Source: the human T2T-CHM13v2.0 reference genome, Homo sapiens. From it: DNA of 64,000 nucleotides. The stretch's first letter is position 1; the number at the start of each line of letters is the position of its first letter. The notes beneath the pieces are model-generated. The model was not told the origin of the DNA and did no database searches. It worked only from the letters and a program-made list of their open reading frames with translations. A program made the translations under genes and the position numbers. The stretch lies in the NCBI RefSeq assembly GCF_009914755.1, contig NC_060930.1. One strand, written 5' to 3'. Of the stretch, positions 31,380-44,219 are shown piece by piece.

Positions 31380-31960
31380 GCTGAGAAGAATGGAAGGAAT
31401 CCACAGAAATCTAAAAGGAAGTAAATAAAGGAACTGTGGGAGGTAACCAGATCCCAAAGCTGTCTTTCTCTTGAGGGAATTACTAATGACTGAATAGACT
31501 GATCTTCTCCCAGGAAAGCCACACGGAGATTGAGAGACAGGAGAGAAAAGTTGGGGCCTTTCTGTGAGGAAGTCTAAATAGAGACCCCTTTAGAGGGCCA
31601 GGACAGGCAACAGGCCAAACATTCATCTTGGGTTGAAGGACAAATACACTTACCCCAGCAAAGAGGCTGCAAGGAAACCAGATTATTTTGAAATTAGTAC
31701 TGGAGGGAAAATAACAATCTCCTCTGAGAAGTCATAATTGTGCATCATGTGGATTGGACTCTTGAAGCCATACTACTTTATAGCCTGAAAATTCATCTCA
31801 ACCAGATAATTTAGTTTAAAATGGTTTTGGATTGGTAGTACCTTAAGTGACTAGCAGAAACAAATGCATGTCTATCTCCAAGAAAGAAACTAGAAAGGCA
31901 CTTCTAACAAGCCTCGAGAGTATCCATTTAAGAGGCCCATGGAAGAATAGAATTCACAGT

Positions 31961-31999
<39 letters not shown>

Positions 32000-32470
32000 T
32001 AAAAAGAAAACCATAAAACACATTAGCAAAAAAGTCACCATCTGTCAGAGTTGGACGAAACAAAGCCCAAGAAACTGTAAATTCAAAGGAACATAGAAGA
32101 AGTATAGTTAATGTATTTCAAGAAATAAAAGACAAGTTTGAAAATATGTACAGGAAATAAAAAACCATAATGAAAACCAAAATAAATTTAAAAACAGTAT
32201 CTTTATTTTAGTCAATATTCAGAGAGATAATTTATCAACCTGAACTCTTTATCTACCAAAGATATATTCCAAGGAGCGGGTGAAATGAAGACAAATTCAC
32301 ACAAACACAAACTGAGAGTGCTTTCCATCAGCAGACTCTCGCTAAGGGAAATTCTAGAGAATGCATTTCAGATGGAAGAAAAATGATCCCAGATGGACGA
32401 CTTGAGATACAAGAAGAAATGAAGAACAAGGAAAGTAGTAATCATGTAGATACATCTAAAAAAACACTTG
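31380..32470 (+). mobile_element. Very old L1-like 5'/ORF1 relic, with (GA)n at 31962-31990
   Basis: A-rich; ORF1 C-terminal-like AAACTGAGAGTGCTTTCCATCAGCAGACTCTCGCTAAGGGAAATTCTA. Confidence 0.5.
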
Positions 32471-34778
32471 AGTGAACTTAAGATTTCTCAGCCAAAGTCT
32501 TCTTCCTACCCACAGAAATCCCTGGGTCAAGGAAATAACAAGGCCTTAGCTATCTAGGTGGAATGCATAAAGGGCAAAATAGAGTGAGCAAAACACAGTA
32601 ATTATCCCCAAGAATTATCCTCCCAGGCAGATAAGGTATCTGTCTTCATAAAGCTGACATTCTAGCAAGAAAGCCAGATAAACAAATAACCACTCAAATC
32701 ACAGATAAACATGTAATCACAGACTCAGCTATGTTCCATGAAGGAGACTTATATAATGTTGAGAAAGCAAAATACAGTGTACAGTGGGATCTGACTTGGG
32801 AAGCTCAGAGACAGCTACAATTTTGCTAGGTACCCTGCTGTTCATAGGGATATTAAGTTGAAGAAGACAGACTCAGTCCCTGAGATGCGGGAAAGAAAGA
32901 AGGAACAGGGAATCAGTGCCCCTAGAGAGAAGCATGCCCAGTAAATGGACTGACCTTAGGAGTTTAGAATAAGGAGCCAGAATAAAACTAAGAGGATATT
33001 GTACCAGTCCTTTAAGTTACTAAAGTAAAAGATAAGTAAAGATTAAATAATTCAAATTGATACATAAAATTACAATTTAGATATTGTAGATAGAAAAGCG
33101 TTTTGCTGAATCCTAAGAGGAACTACTTCATTGAGGCCAGTGTATAAAGAAGTCTGCAAATAAAGCAAAAAAAAAAAATAAAATTTTTTAAGCCAAGTGA
33201 TTAAGAATGTGGGTTTTGTAACCTAAATCCAAGCCCGCAAAGTCAGCATTTTGGGCTCCCGTCCACTGTAGCCATAGGGTTCCTGCTGCCTGCACCTCTC
33301 AGTCTCTGCCCGCAGCTGTCTCTATTCTCTTTCCACAGGGCAGGAGAGACCAGCCTGTAGAGGCAGCCTCAACTTCAGGATTGTTACCACTTTTGTTCAG
33401 GTGAACGGCTAGAATTGCTGAGTCCAAGATACAGGTTTTAGCAAAGAATCTGCTGGGGCCCTCATGGGCCACATGTCCACCCCGATCTGAACTAGAGACC
33501 CGAGGATAAGGGGCTGGAGGTGAGCACAGCTGCGTGGCCAACTGGGGGGCTGCTGGAGGCGGCTCAGAAGGAGTAATGTGACGTGGACCACAACAAACTG
33601 CATTCCACACGTATCAGCCAATTAAAAAATAATGGCAAACTGTAGAATATTTTTCTAAAAGAAATTACTTTTAATAAAAACTTTGACACTTTAAAAATAA
33701 TTTTTAATGCACCGAAAAAAAGTAATATCCATTTGTTATTTTCGTAGCTTAGCCATTTTAGAATACTACCAGTGTCTGAAATATAGTTTATTTAGAAGTG
33801 GTAGTAATATCTGAATAATGCAAATTAATAAACATTCTTATCTGACGGTTTATATGAAAGGCACTAGGAGAGGGGCTTGGGAAATACAAGAATGAACAAG
33901 AAAATGTCTTTGCCCTAAATAAGCCTTTCATTTTTGAGGTAACAAGCGTAATTTGTTACAATACAAGGGAAAACAGTGGCCATGGAAATGAATAAGAAGC
34001 TGTAAGTTAATTAAATCAGCCAATAAATATTTTTGTGCAACTATTTTCACACTTTGCAAAACTGTTATATTTAAGAGTCCTATTAAAAATCTCAGAATGC
34101 TTTTGTCTCTATTCCTAGTAACATTGTATATAATGTACATAATACATATTTTGATTACTCAAGAATACAGGTAGCATATTGCAAAAATACATTCCAAATC
34201 TAAGATAGCAATGCCTAACACATAAGAAATGTGAAGCAAAAATGTGTGAAATAAACTTATGAGGGAATTTATACATTAAACTTATGAATATTAGCATTAT
34301 TGGCTCAGATTATGCTAAAATATGTATACTTTTTAATACTGTATCAAAAATCAAATGCCAGTAATTGAACATCTTGAAATACTTTTGAAAGTGCCTTTCT
34401 ATGTTGCATTTTCCGGCGGGCTGTGCTCCAGGTAAGTTAGACCAGAAACGCAGGATCCGGCCTGGTGGCAGAAGACTGGAACAGCCACAGCTGAGAATCC
34501 CCATTCCTTGACTGGCCTGAGCCTACTACAGTAAGGCAGCTTAGGGATCTAGACACAAAGCCCTAGGACTTTTAGAGTCATCTGCAAAAAACTTTAAAAA
34601 TCACCCAGAAAATGTTCAACTTTCTGTTCTCATTTAATTCTACTGTAGATCATGTGTAGAGAGGGTACAGGCATTCCTCTACAACATCCCAGCTCACAGT
34701 GCCAAATACCTTTTGTACACAACACTAAATCTAGAAATGCCATTTATAACATAGGGTACCACAAACCAAAGCCAAAGG

Positions 34779-34780
<2 letters not shown>

Positions 34781-34814
<34 letters not shown>
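34781..34814. repeat. (CA)n microsatellite
   Basis: Directly visible, ~190 nt downstream of the 50-nt exon donor. Confidence 0.95.
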
Positions 34815-34816
<2 letters not shown>

Positions 34817-35002
34817 TTTTATGCCTAAATGTTGCCATGTCAGTAAAATTCTTGACTGGTAATAACCAAATATAGAAACAAGACACAAAATGATTTAAAT
34901 GAAAAGTACTTAATCATGAAATGTCGGTTGTTTATAACTTTTTTAAAGGAGCTTATGATATTTTCTTATCTAGAGCACCAAAATCTAAATTTAGATACTT
35001 AC

Positions 35003-35052
35003 ATTATTGCACTCTCCAAGGAAATACAGTGCAAATCCATCGGCTTTTGTGG
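35003..35052 (-). CDS. PDE10A: PDE10A coding exon (50 nt): (A)TKADGFALYFLGECNN
   Basis: Translation match; acceptor CAG, donor GTAAGT; phase 1-0. Confidence 0.96.
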
Positions 35053-35529
35053 CTGCCAAAGTAATAAGAAAAGGAAGAAACTGAGCTCAGTGGGAGAATC
35101 TAACATGTATGCATCCTCCAGGGTGAGAGGCAGATGTGAGTCTTTCAAATTGATTTGTTAACAGAATCAATGGTCATGCAGTAAATGGAACAAAATCACT
35201 TATGGCTTTACTTAATAGCATAATTAAAATATCCTCTACATTTTTCATCAGTGAGTATAAAATTTAAGACGATATGCTCAAATGCATATAGCAGTCAACG
35301 TACCACATAGTAACATATTTGTTGAACTTTATTCAGAATTATTGAATATTTTTTAAATTTGAGAATTGTGTTTAATTTTTTAAGTTTTTAAAATACCACA
35401 AGTGATATTTATAATATTAAATAACCAAAGTAAGTATCAACCCAAAAAGCTGATGTATTCATCTATAATTGTCACTGAAGCAAACATAATTTAACTTACC
35501 TAAAATTGCCTCAGGGTCATCTGAAGGCA

Positions 35530-35780
35530 ACTATAATAGTTAATAGCATAAGTCTTGGAGGGACTGCCTCAATTAAACCCCTACTTAACTCCTTTTTACC
35601 TGTGTGACTTTGGGTAAGATGTTTAACCTCTCTGTTCTATAGCTTCCTCATCAGTAAAATGGTGGCAATAATAAAAACAACCTCATGAGACCGTAATAAA
35701 AATAAGTCAGTTAATGCATATAATATGCATAGACAGGTGCCTAGCATATGGTTAAATACAAAATAAATGTTATTATGGTT
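35530..35780 (+). mobile_element. MIR SINE
   Basis: TGTGTGACTTTGGGTAAGATGTTTAACCTCTCTGTTCTATAGCTTCCTCATCAGTAAAATGG. Confidence 0.8.
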
Positions 35781-36317
35781 GGTATCATTTATATTTTTAT
35801 TTTCAAATTAAAAAACAAAAGATACAATTGTCATAGTGGGTATCCTTCTGAAAAATCATGTCCTAAAAACAAGTGTATCCTTCTAAAATAGTACTTTTCT
35901 AACTTTCCCCATTCTATTCACAACATAAACCATTTCTTAAATGGTATATAAAATTGTCATTTACCCAAATACATTTAAAATGCTTAGTCTCTCTTTAAAA
36001 TTAATATATTTTATAAAGATGTGATTTAATTCAATAAAACTATGCTTTCCAAAGGAAACTAGGTGTTAATTAGAAGGCATAGTATATTACCTGTATATAT
36101 CAGGCAGATACTTATTTGGGATTAGACAATTTAGAAAGTTTTAGGTTTGACTCACCTCTGGTAGTTTCATAATAAAATATTTTCACTTGAAATTTAGTCC
36201 AGAAATAGAAGTAAATATAAATGACTTTCATCTGCCTCTTAGTAAGTAGTTTTTGCTGCTTTTTGTAAAAGAATCTTTGCCCAATTTTTTCTAACAGGAA
36301 CACAAAATGCTTCTTAC

Positions 36318-36438
36318 CTATTTTAATGATGCTGCTCAGTTCATAGAGGAGTAGCTGGTTGTCTCCTCCTGTGTCCAACCGTTGTTCTATATAGCTGTTT
36401 AGTTCATATACAACTCCCTGCATATTCGTATCTTGGTA
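36318..36438 (-). CDS. PDE10A: PDE10A coding exon (121 nt), start of GAF-A: [40 protein letters not shown](A)
   Basis: Overlaps ORF 36112..36423; acceptor CCAAAG, donor TAG|GTAAGA. Confidence 0.97.
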
Positions 36439-36632
36439 CTTTGGATTAAAAATAACAAAAATAAAAACAGAGTTTAAATAAAATATAACAAAAATTCCTT
36501 AGTCTGTAAGACATACTATTAATATATGTGACTTAATATACTAAGTTATTCATTATGCTTTTATAGCACATGATTTAAATATTATAATCTATTTTATAAA
36601 ACAAGTAGATTGAAAATTAAAATTGCTATGAC

Positions 36633-36938
36633 TATTTATTTATTTATTTATTTTGAGACAGGGTCTGTCTCTGTTACCCAGGCTGGAATGCAGTGGCACT
36701 ATCTCAGCTCACTGCAACCTCCACCTCCTGGGCCCATCCTCCCACCTCAGCCTCCCAAGCAGCTGAGACTACAGGCACACACCACCACACCATGCCTGGC
36801 TAATTTTTGTATTTTTTGTAGTGACAGGCTTTCACCATGTTGCCCAGGCTGGTCTCGAAAACTCCTGAGCTCAAGTGATCCCTCTGCCTCAGACTCTCAA
36901 AGTGCTGGGATTGAAGGCATGAGCCACTGCACCCGGCC
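36633..36938 (-). mobile_element. AluJ-type SINE
   Basis: Antisense dimer with (TTTA)n tail; TSD GACTATTTATTT/GACTTCTTATTT. Confidence 0.92.
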
Positions 36939-37959
36939 GACTTCTTATTTAGAATTATCCATAGACTGCGTCTATGCAGCCTATATATATTAAAATAGTA
37001 GGTGTTACAAATTTTAACTTTGTTTCTAAAGTTTTATATATATTAGGTAACTTGATTAGTAAAAATAATATCATACAAGAGCTTGCTGAGTGCACCTCTG
37101 TAAGATGCTAGGAAAGTCTGCTGCAGTCGCTGCACTGGGTGAAACAAGTGCCCTCTGTGCCACTCTAACTTTCCATTCCTTTCCATCTATATGGCTCCAC
37201 CTTGGTCTGCTCTCATCCCTGCCACCATAGCAAGAGTTAGGCGCTTGCACTGCAGCCACTGTCCCCACAGCAGCAGCCCCACAGCATGTCCACAGCACAA
37301 GGCTTCATCATGGCACCAGTGGAAACAGCAGGTGGACAGGGAGATGTCAACCCCCACCCTGCTCCAGTTCAAGCTATAATGTGTCTTCTCTAAAGGAATA
37401 AAAAACAGTCCTCCAACTAATCTCCCTGCTCCCAAACTTGTCTTACTAAACCTAGTCTCAAAACAACAGGCACTGTAAACTCGAAATATAAAATTCTGTC
37501 TCTCCATGGCTTCAAACACTCCTGGGGCTTCCTACTGCACTTGGAATAATAAACAAAAACGCCTCGCACAGTAACACACCATGTGCTGCAAAGCATGGTT
37601 ACTATCCAGCTCAAAACTGCGTCTCACACCCCACTCTGTCTACCCTCACTGTCACAACCCTGGCCATCTTTCTGCTTCTTGATCATTCAGATAACCTCCA
37701 CTTCTAAAGGTCTATTACTTGCTGTTTTCTTGAGCACTATACTCAATAAATATCTGTTGAATGAACAAGTAAGTAACCAACCAATGATTGGACAAATACC
37801 ACTGACCATCCTGACAATGCACTAGAGGAGGCTCTCTTCTAGTCATCAGAGACCCTAGAACAGTGGAACAAACCATTAAAGATATTATCTTCAATGAGCT
37901 CACATTCTAGTTGGAAGAGAATCAATACGTAAATAAGGCAGGTTTTTATATGAGAGCAC

Positions 37960-40900
37960 CTACTTGGGTTCAGTATGCTAGTGCTAGGTTGGCTGAAATC
38001 TGTTCCCAAAAGTGGCCAATGCTCAATGAAGTTGAAACCTCAGAACTTCCCTGGTATATATTCAAAGGCTTAGCAAGATTGGAATGCTAGATTTGGCTGA
38101 TGATGGGAGACTAGTTTCGCAATCCCCTGGCTATGTCCTAGGGATGCCCCCCTTCACCAAGGCCATGAGAAACACATTTACAGGGGGAGCCCTGGCATAT
38201 GTGAATATATACCTGGCTCTGGTGCAGGCCAGGAATTAATGAGGGAACTGCTGCCATATGGCTGGGTTCCTTGAATTCACCCAGAAGATGGGATATTGAT
38301 GTGGTAGAGGACAAGTGGGAGCACTTAACATCCAGAGACAAGGTGGGTATTGTCAGCACAACCAACAGAAGCAAAGCTGCAGAGGAATTTGGTCACAGAA
38401 ATATTCAGCATGGCTGCTTGATCACAACTGCTATGGTTTGAACATTTCCTCCAAAGTTCATGTTTTGAAAACTTAACCCTGAATGCAAGTGTTGAGAGGT
38501 GGGACCTTTAAAAGGCAGAGCCCTTGTGAATGGAATAATGATGTTATTGGGGGAGTGAATTAGTTATCACGGGAGTGGGGTCCTGATAAAAGATATCTTT
38601 GGTCCCCTTCCCTTCTCTCTCTTGTACATTCTCTCTTGCTCTTCTCCTTTCTGCCATGGGATGACACAGCAGTAAGGCCCTCACCAAATGAAGGCCCCTC
38701 ATCCCAGGACCTCCCAGCCTCCAAAATTGTAAGAAATAAATTTCTGTTCTTTATAAATTACCTAGTCTCAGATACTCTATTACAGCAGCACAAAATGGAC
38801 TAAAACAGAAAACTGGTACCAGGAAGTGGGGCTGTGGCAATAACAAATATCTAAAAATGTGGAAGCAGCTTTGGAACTGGGAAATGAGTAGAGGACAAAA
38901 GAACTTGGAGGAAATGGCTGTAAAGAACCTAGACTGCAATAAAGGAAGCATCAAGGGAAATTCTGGTGAGGGTTTAGAAAAAAAAAAAAACAGCTGTAGG
39001 AAGGGCTTTACCTTTCTTAGGAATTACTTAAGTGGTCACAATCAGAATGCTGATAGAAACATGGACAATAAAGGCTATTCTGATGAGGTATCAGATGGAA
39101 ATGAACAAGATACTCGCAACTGGAGTAAAAGCCATCCTTATGAAGTCACAAAGAACTTGACTGATCTGTAGCCATGTCCCAGGGCTATATAGAAAGCAGA
39201 ACTTAAGGGCAATGAACTCAAGTATCTGGTGGCAGAAATTTCTAAGCAAAATAATGAAGGATCTTCATGACTACTCTTAACTGCACATAGTAAGATGTGA
39301 GTAGAGAGAAATTAAAGGTGGAATTTGTAATTAAAAGGGAAGCAGAATGGAAAGATTTGGAAAATTTGCAGCCTAGATACGTTAAGTGTGAAAAGACATG
39401 TTTAGCAGAACAAACCAAGGGTTTATGGGCAACTGACCATTTTCTAAAAACCTAAGTAGAGACAGAAAGTAGCAGGGTGCTATTCATCAAGACAATGGGA
39501 GAAAGACCATAAAGCTGCTTCAGAGATCTTGGAGGCCATCCCTCCCACCACAGGCTCAGAGCAGGGCCTTGAGGGCAAGGTTTCCAGAAGGTGTCCATGG
39601 AACCTCAGCTTTTGCTGCCCAGGCAACTTAAGGACTCTACTCCCTGCATTCCTTCACAATGTGAGCCCCAGCCACGGTTCAAGTGAGTTCAAGTGCAGCT
39701 CCTGCCACACCTTCAGAGGGCACAAACAGTAAGTCATAGTGGTATCCACATAATACTAACTGCAAACTTGCAGGCTTCATGAGCTGTGGTGCCACAGCAG
39801 CCTCTACCTAGATTTCAAAGGATGTAGTAGTCAGCCTGGGGCCCACGGACAAACTTGTTACAGCAGTGGAGACCGCACAGACAGCCCCCAGTAGGCCAAT
39901 ACCTAGAGAAGCCCTGGGAGCAAGGCCATCTCAGAGACTCCAAAATGTAGAGTTACCAACTCCACAACTCTGGAGAAGCTCAGGCATGAGACACCAACCT
40001 GTGAGAGCTGAAGTGTGGGCTGGCCCCAGCAAAATCATAAGGGCAAGGATACTCAAGGCCTAGGGAGCCTAACCCCAACTCCAGTGTGCCCAGAATGGGA
40101 CAAATTGAGTCAAAGAAGATTATTCTCCAGCTTTAAAACTTAATGTTGTTTCCTCTGTTGAGTTTTGGACTTTTGGGACCAGTTACCCCCTTTCTTGTCT
40201 ATTTCTCCTTTTTGGAATGGGAATATCAATCCTATGCCTCTTCTACCACTGAATTTTGGAAGTAGATGACTTGTTTTGATTTCACAGGCTCAAAGCTGAA
40301 GAAGGTTTGTTTCAGGACGAATTGTCCCTTGAGTCTCACTCATACCTGATTTAGATGAGACCCTGGACTGATGCTGTAAAACTTAAGAACTTTGAGGCCA
40401 CTGAAATGTGTACACTACATGTTAAAAGGACATGAATTTTGGTGGCCAGGGGTGGAGTGCTATGGTTTAAATGTACCTCCCAAAGTTTGCGTTAAAAACT
40501 TGATCCCCAACGCAACAGTACGGAGAGGTGGGACCTTAAGAGATGATTAGGTCATGATGGCCCCGTCTTCATAAATAGGTTAATACCATTACTGGGGGAG
40601 TGAATTAGTTATCTCAGCAGTGGGTTTCTGAATAAAAGGATGAGTTTGGCCACCTTCCTCTCTCTCTAAAGCGTGATCTCTTGCCCTTCCACCTTCTGCC
40701 ATGGGATGATGCAGCAGGAAGGTCCTTGCCAGATGCAGGCACCTTGACCTTGGGCTTCTCTGTCTCCAGAACTGTAAGAAATAAATTTATTTTATTTATA
40801 AATTTCCTAGTCTGTAGTATTCCGGTATAGCAACACAAAACAAAGATAACAGTGTCCCTGGAACTGAACGGCGCAGGCTATTGACATATTTTTTTTCATT

Positions 40901-41470
40901 TGTCTAAACAGAAAAGTTGTGGCTTAAATGAACAAAAATCTGACTTGATGACCACAAGAGAAAGTCAGAATATTTCACTGAATTCCCAGACATGAGCCAA
41001 TTCACAGGCCCAGAACTCCTTAAATAAGGAAAGAGAAAGCAGGTCCCCTTGGAGAAGAATCCTACTATGCCACCAAAAATGTATAGCACAGATCTTCCTC
41101 CTGCCTTTCCCAAAGAGGTCGGCAGCCATTTGCCTGGGTGACTGAATATCACGGGGGCAGGCAGAATTACTAGATTTGGGGGACTACTGGACGTCAGCTC
41201 CACCCTGACATTAATTCTTTATTATTATTATTATCTTGAGACAGGGTCTAGCTCTGTTGCCCAGGCTGGAATGCAGCACTAACTATTAAGAGACCCAAAC
41301 TCCACTGAGGAGTACCAATCAAAAGGGGTTCATGGAGATCAGGTGATCAATGAAGTTTTAGCTCAAGGTTTGTCTCAAAAATGAGCCACACTGGGGTCTC
41401 CAACACACCCTCTGGTGACTGCAGTTTGGGAATACACTTCTGGAACAGACATACTCAGCAGCAGACAGAA
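37960..41470 (+). mobile_element. ERVL-class internal gag/pro relic split by an MST insertion
   Basis: TTGGCTGAAATCTGTTCCCAAAAGTGGCCAATGCTCAATGAAGTTGAAACCTCAGAACTTCCCTGG resembles ERVL gag; GGACTACTGGAC protease relic near 41181; the sequence resumes after 40848. Confidence 0.6.
38429..40848 (+). mobile_element. Full-length MST-type MaLR provirus (5' LTR 38429-38807, internal region, 3' LTR 40458-40848)
   Basis: Two direct repeats starting TGCTATGGTTT with shared GAGAGGTGGGACCTT, CTGCCATGGGATGA and GTAAGAAATAAATTT; internal region starts GAAAACTGGTACCAGGAAGTGGGG; degenerate 5-bp TSD ACAAC/ACAGT. Confidence 0.9.
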
Positions 41471-44219
41471 CTCCGCACTGAAGGATCCCCACGTAGGAAG
41501 GGACAGAAGAAGTGAGACTTGGAGAAATCTGAGGGAAGAGCTTCCCAAGTAAAGAGAACAGGATAAATCAATTAATTACTATGACCAAAAGCGGCAAAAT
41601 AGAAACCTGCCAAGCAATTCTTAGGCTGCATTTCAAACTTCAAAAACTACTAACTGCTACTATTAGGCTTTTACCTGTGGTAGCCACTCCCTGCTCTCTT
41701 CCCAAGCACTGAGAGCCTCGGCTGTAGAAGAGGTTCTCTTAGGTTGTGTGTATTCCCTTCTCAGGTCTGCTGCCTTCCTGGGCGGTGCCTAACATTTCTA
41801 AGGGCTGATTCCCCCTCCCATTAGCCTTGTGGGCCCTACTTGCTTTGTTGCACACTTGACCATAGTAAGTCATTGGTCTCCAACTCAGTTTTGTGACTTT
41901 TTATTGCTAAAATGTAATCTTAACAGCCAAAACTTCTCAGTTATTTTCTAGCTCCAGATTTTTGTCCAAGTCTTGTTCTTACCCAAGTACCTGTTGATAG
42001 GTATTTACATAATTACAGAATTTACATAAAAATCATGAACACTTGAAATTCTAATGACTCTAAAATATGACAGCATTGTTTGAGGTCACCAAAACTTAGG
42101 TTATTTTCTTTATCATCTGTAACCAGATCCTATTCGAGCTATTTCAAGTTCTGAATAACTTCAGATAAAATATGCTACTCTATCATACCCTCTCTCTTCC
42201 TTACTTATTCCACTTATTCCAACCACTAGTTCTGTATTTTCTTTACCCCACAGTCTTTAAAAGGAGCTTCTATGAGAATGAAGCTAGCCTAAAAGAAAGC
42301 TGAGCCAAACAATAGTGAGAGACCTAAGTCTATCAACTTTGAACACCTAGATCCAGCCAAGCAAAAGCTTCATGTGTAAAAATCACTAGATATTTCTTTT
42401 AAATAAACCAATACATTCTCTGAATTCTTCATTTTCCACGTGGAAGAAAGAAGCATTAGCCAGCTTAAGGGGAGTTTTCAGTCATTCAGGCTCCACACAA
42501 ATGATACACGGCTGACTCCTTCCTCTTAGCATATAATTCTGAGAACAGGCTCTTTAATAATGACCTGTGTGCAGTGCTGAGATCAATAACCAGCTGTTCT
42601 CCATCTCTTTTGGACAGGAAATGGGTTGTTACAAATAAGTGAGAACAAGAAGACATGCTGGGATGTGGACAGTTTATCATGAGGTTTCATTTCACGTCTC
42701 TGGGCTTTAGTTTTCTCATTTGTATAATAAGAAGGCTGAATTATACTGTCTGTAAAATGCTTTCCCTTTCCAACACTAAATTTCTAAGATAAGCTATGAC
42801 CTAGGTTTTAAAATTTTTTCTTGTTTATATTAAGCTTCAAATTCTAATATTTCATCTAATAGAATGTTAGCACATCCTGTTTCCTTTTGTTGCTCATTAT
42901 AACTGCAAAAGTATTATGACAGCAAAATGTTTTTACTATAATTTCTATATTGACATATTAACTCAAATATTAAAGGTCTATCTACATAGTTAACAAATCA
43001 CTCAAACCATAATATACTGTAAAATGTAAAATTACATGCAAATGTACTACAAGAATAAGCAAAATTGTTATTTGGTTGTTAGCCTTCTGGTCATTCTGTT
43101 GTTTATCAGGACTGTTATGAAAGGCAAAGCTGAGGAGACAAATTACGTGAATGTCAAATCACATACTTGTAAGACACTTCTATGGAAACCCCATGATAAA
43201 GGAATCAATTTCTATTTAACTGAATAAACATGAATTCTATGGCTTGACTAATAACAATTACAATAAGTATACTAATAAAGATGTTAAGAACTTGTATTTT
43301 TACAGCATTTTTAACTTCATAAAGTCCCTTCATGACTTTCCTAAGAGAAACTACAACAAGTTTATACTGGGCGTCACTGCAGCATTCGTAATTCGAGACG
43401 AGTTAAAATTCCAAAGTAGAGTAAGCTGGGAGCTACACATTTTTCCCAAATCAAATTGGATACCACCATCTTCATATTCTGTTCCACGCTGATTTCATGT
43501 AGTACTTGCGTTTTATTTGAGCAACCACCAAAAACACAGCTTCACAAAGATAAGACCTGAACGATAGAACTGTAGTGATCTAATATTAAAACTGAACTAT
43601 GTCAAGCTAACATTGTCAAGCTATATGTATATATATGTATATATATAACATATGTCAAGCTACATCAGGTTCTGTCCAACATATGCCACTGTGTTTCCCA
43701 TGACATTTTAATATATCCTGAGTTACTCTTGTACATTTGCTGTGGTGCCTCAGGGCATTTGGAACACAGTTTGGGAACCAGGGGAAAGCCACTCTCTTGC
43801 CTAGGGGGAAATAATATTTTACAAAATAAAATGGTAATGAACAAATCAGTGTTAATTGTTGGTTCAGAAAGAAAAGTAAAAGCTAGTTTCACCGGGAGGA
43901 CAAATGTTCCCATGACTGCTAAAATGAATTAGTTATGTAAACATGCATTAGACAGCTACTTAGCCAAAAAAGTTTAGAGGCAATTCAGTAATCACATGGA
44001 AACTGTGACCTCTGTTAGTCCCGAGAGTCTGTGATTGTATGAGGTGGCACCAACATATCCAGAAGGCCAACAATAAACAAGAAGCCATAATGAGACAAAT
44101 GTTAAATTGGATAAATATTTAACAGCATAAAAAGGAGCTCCTCAGTTTCTAATATAAACTTCAATATTGGAAAAATATCTTCTCATCATTTTTTATATTA
44201 TTCCTTTGTTCCTTTTTAT

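Noticed and set aside
36112-36423. 103-aa ORF starting MQGVVYE as a stand-alone gene
   Set aside because: A PDE10A exon read through its GTAAGA donor into intron; similarity ends at 36318
38857-39171. 104-aa ORF MWKQLWNWE...
   Set aside because: Relic of the MST/MaLR internal region, followed by stops
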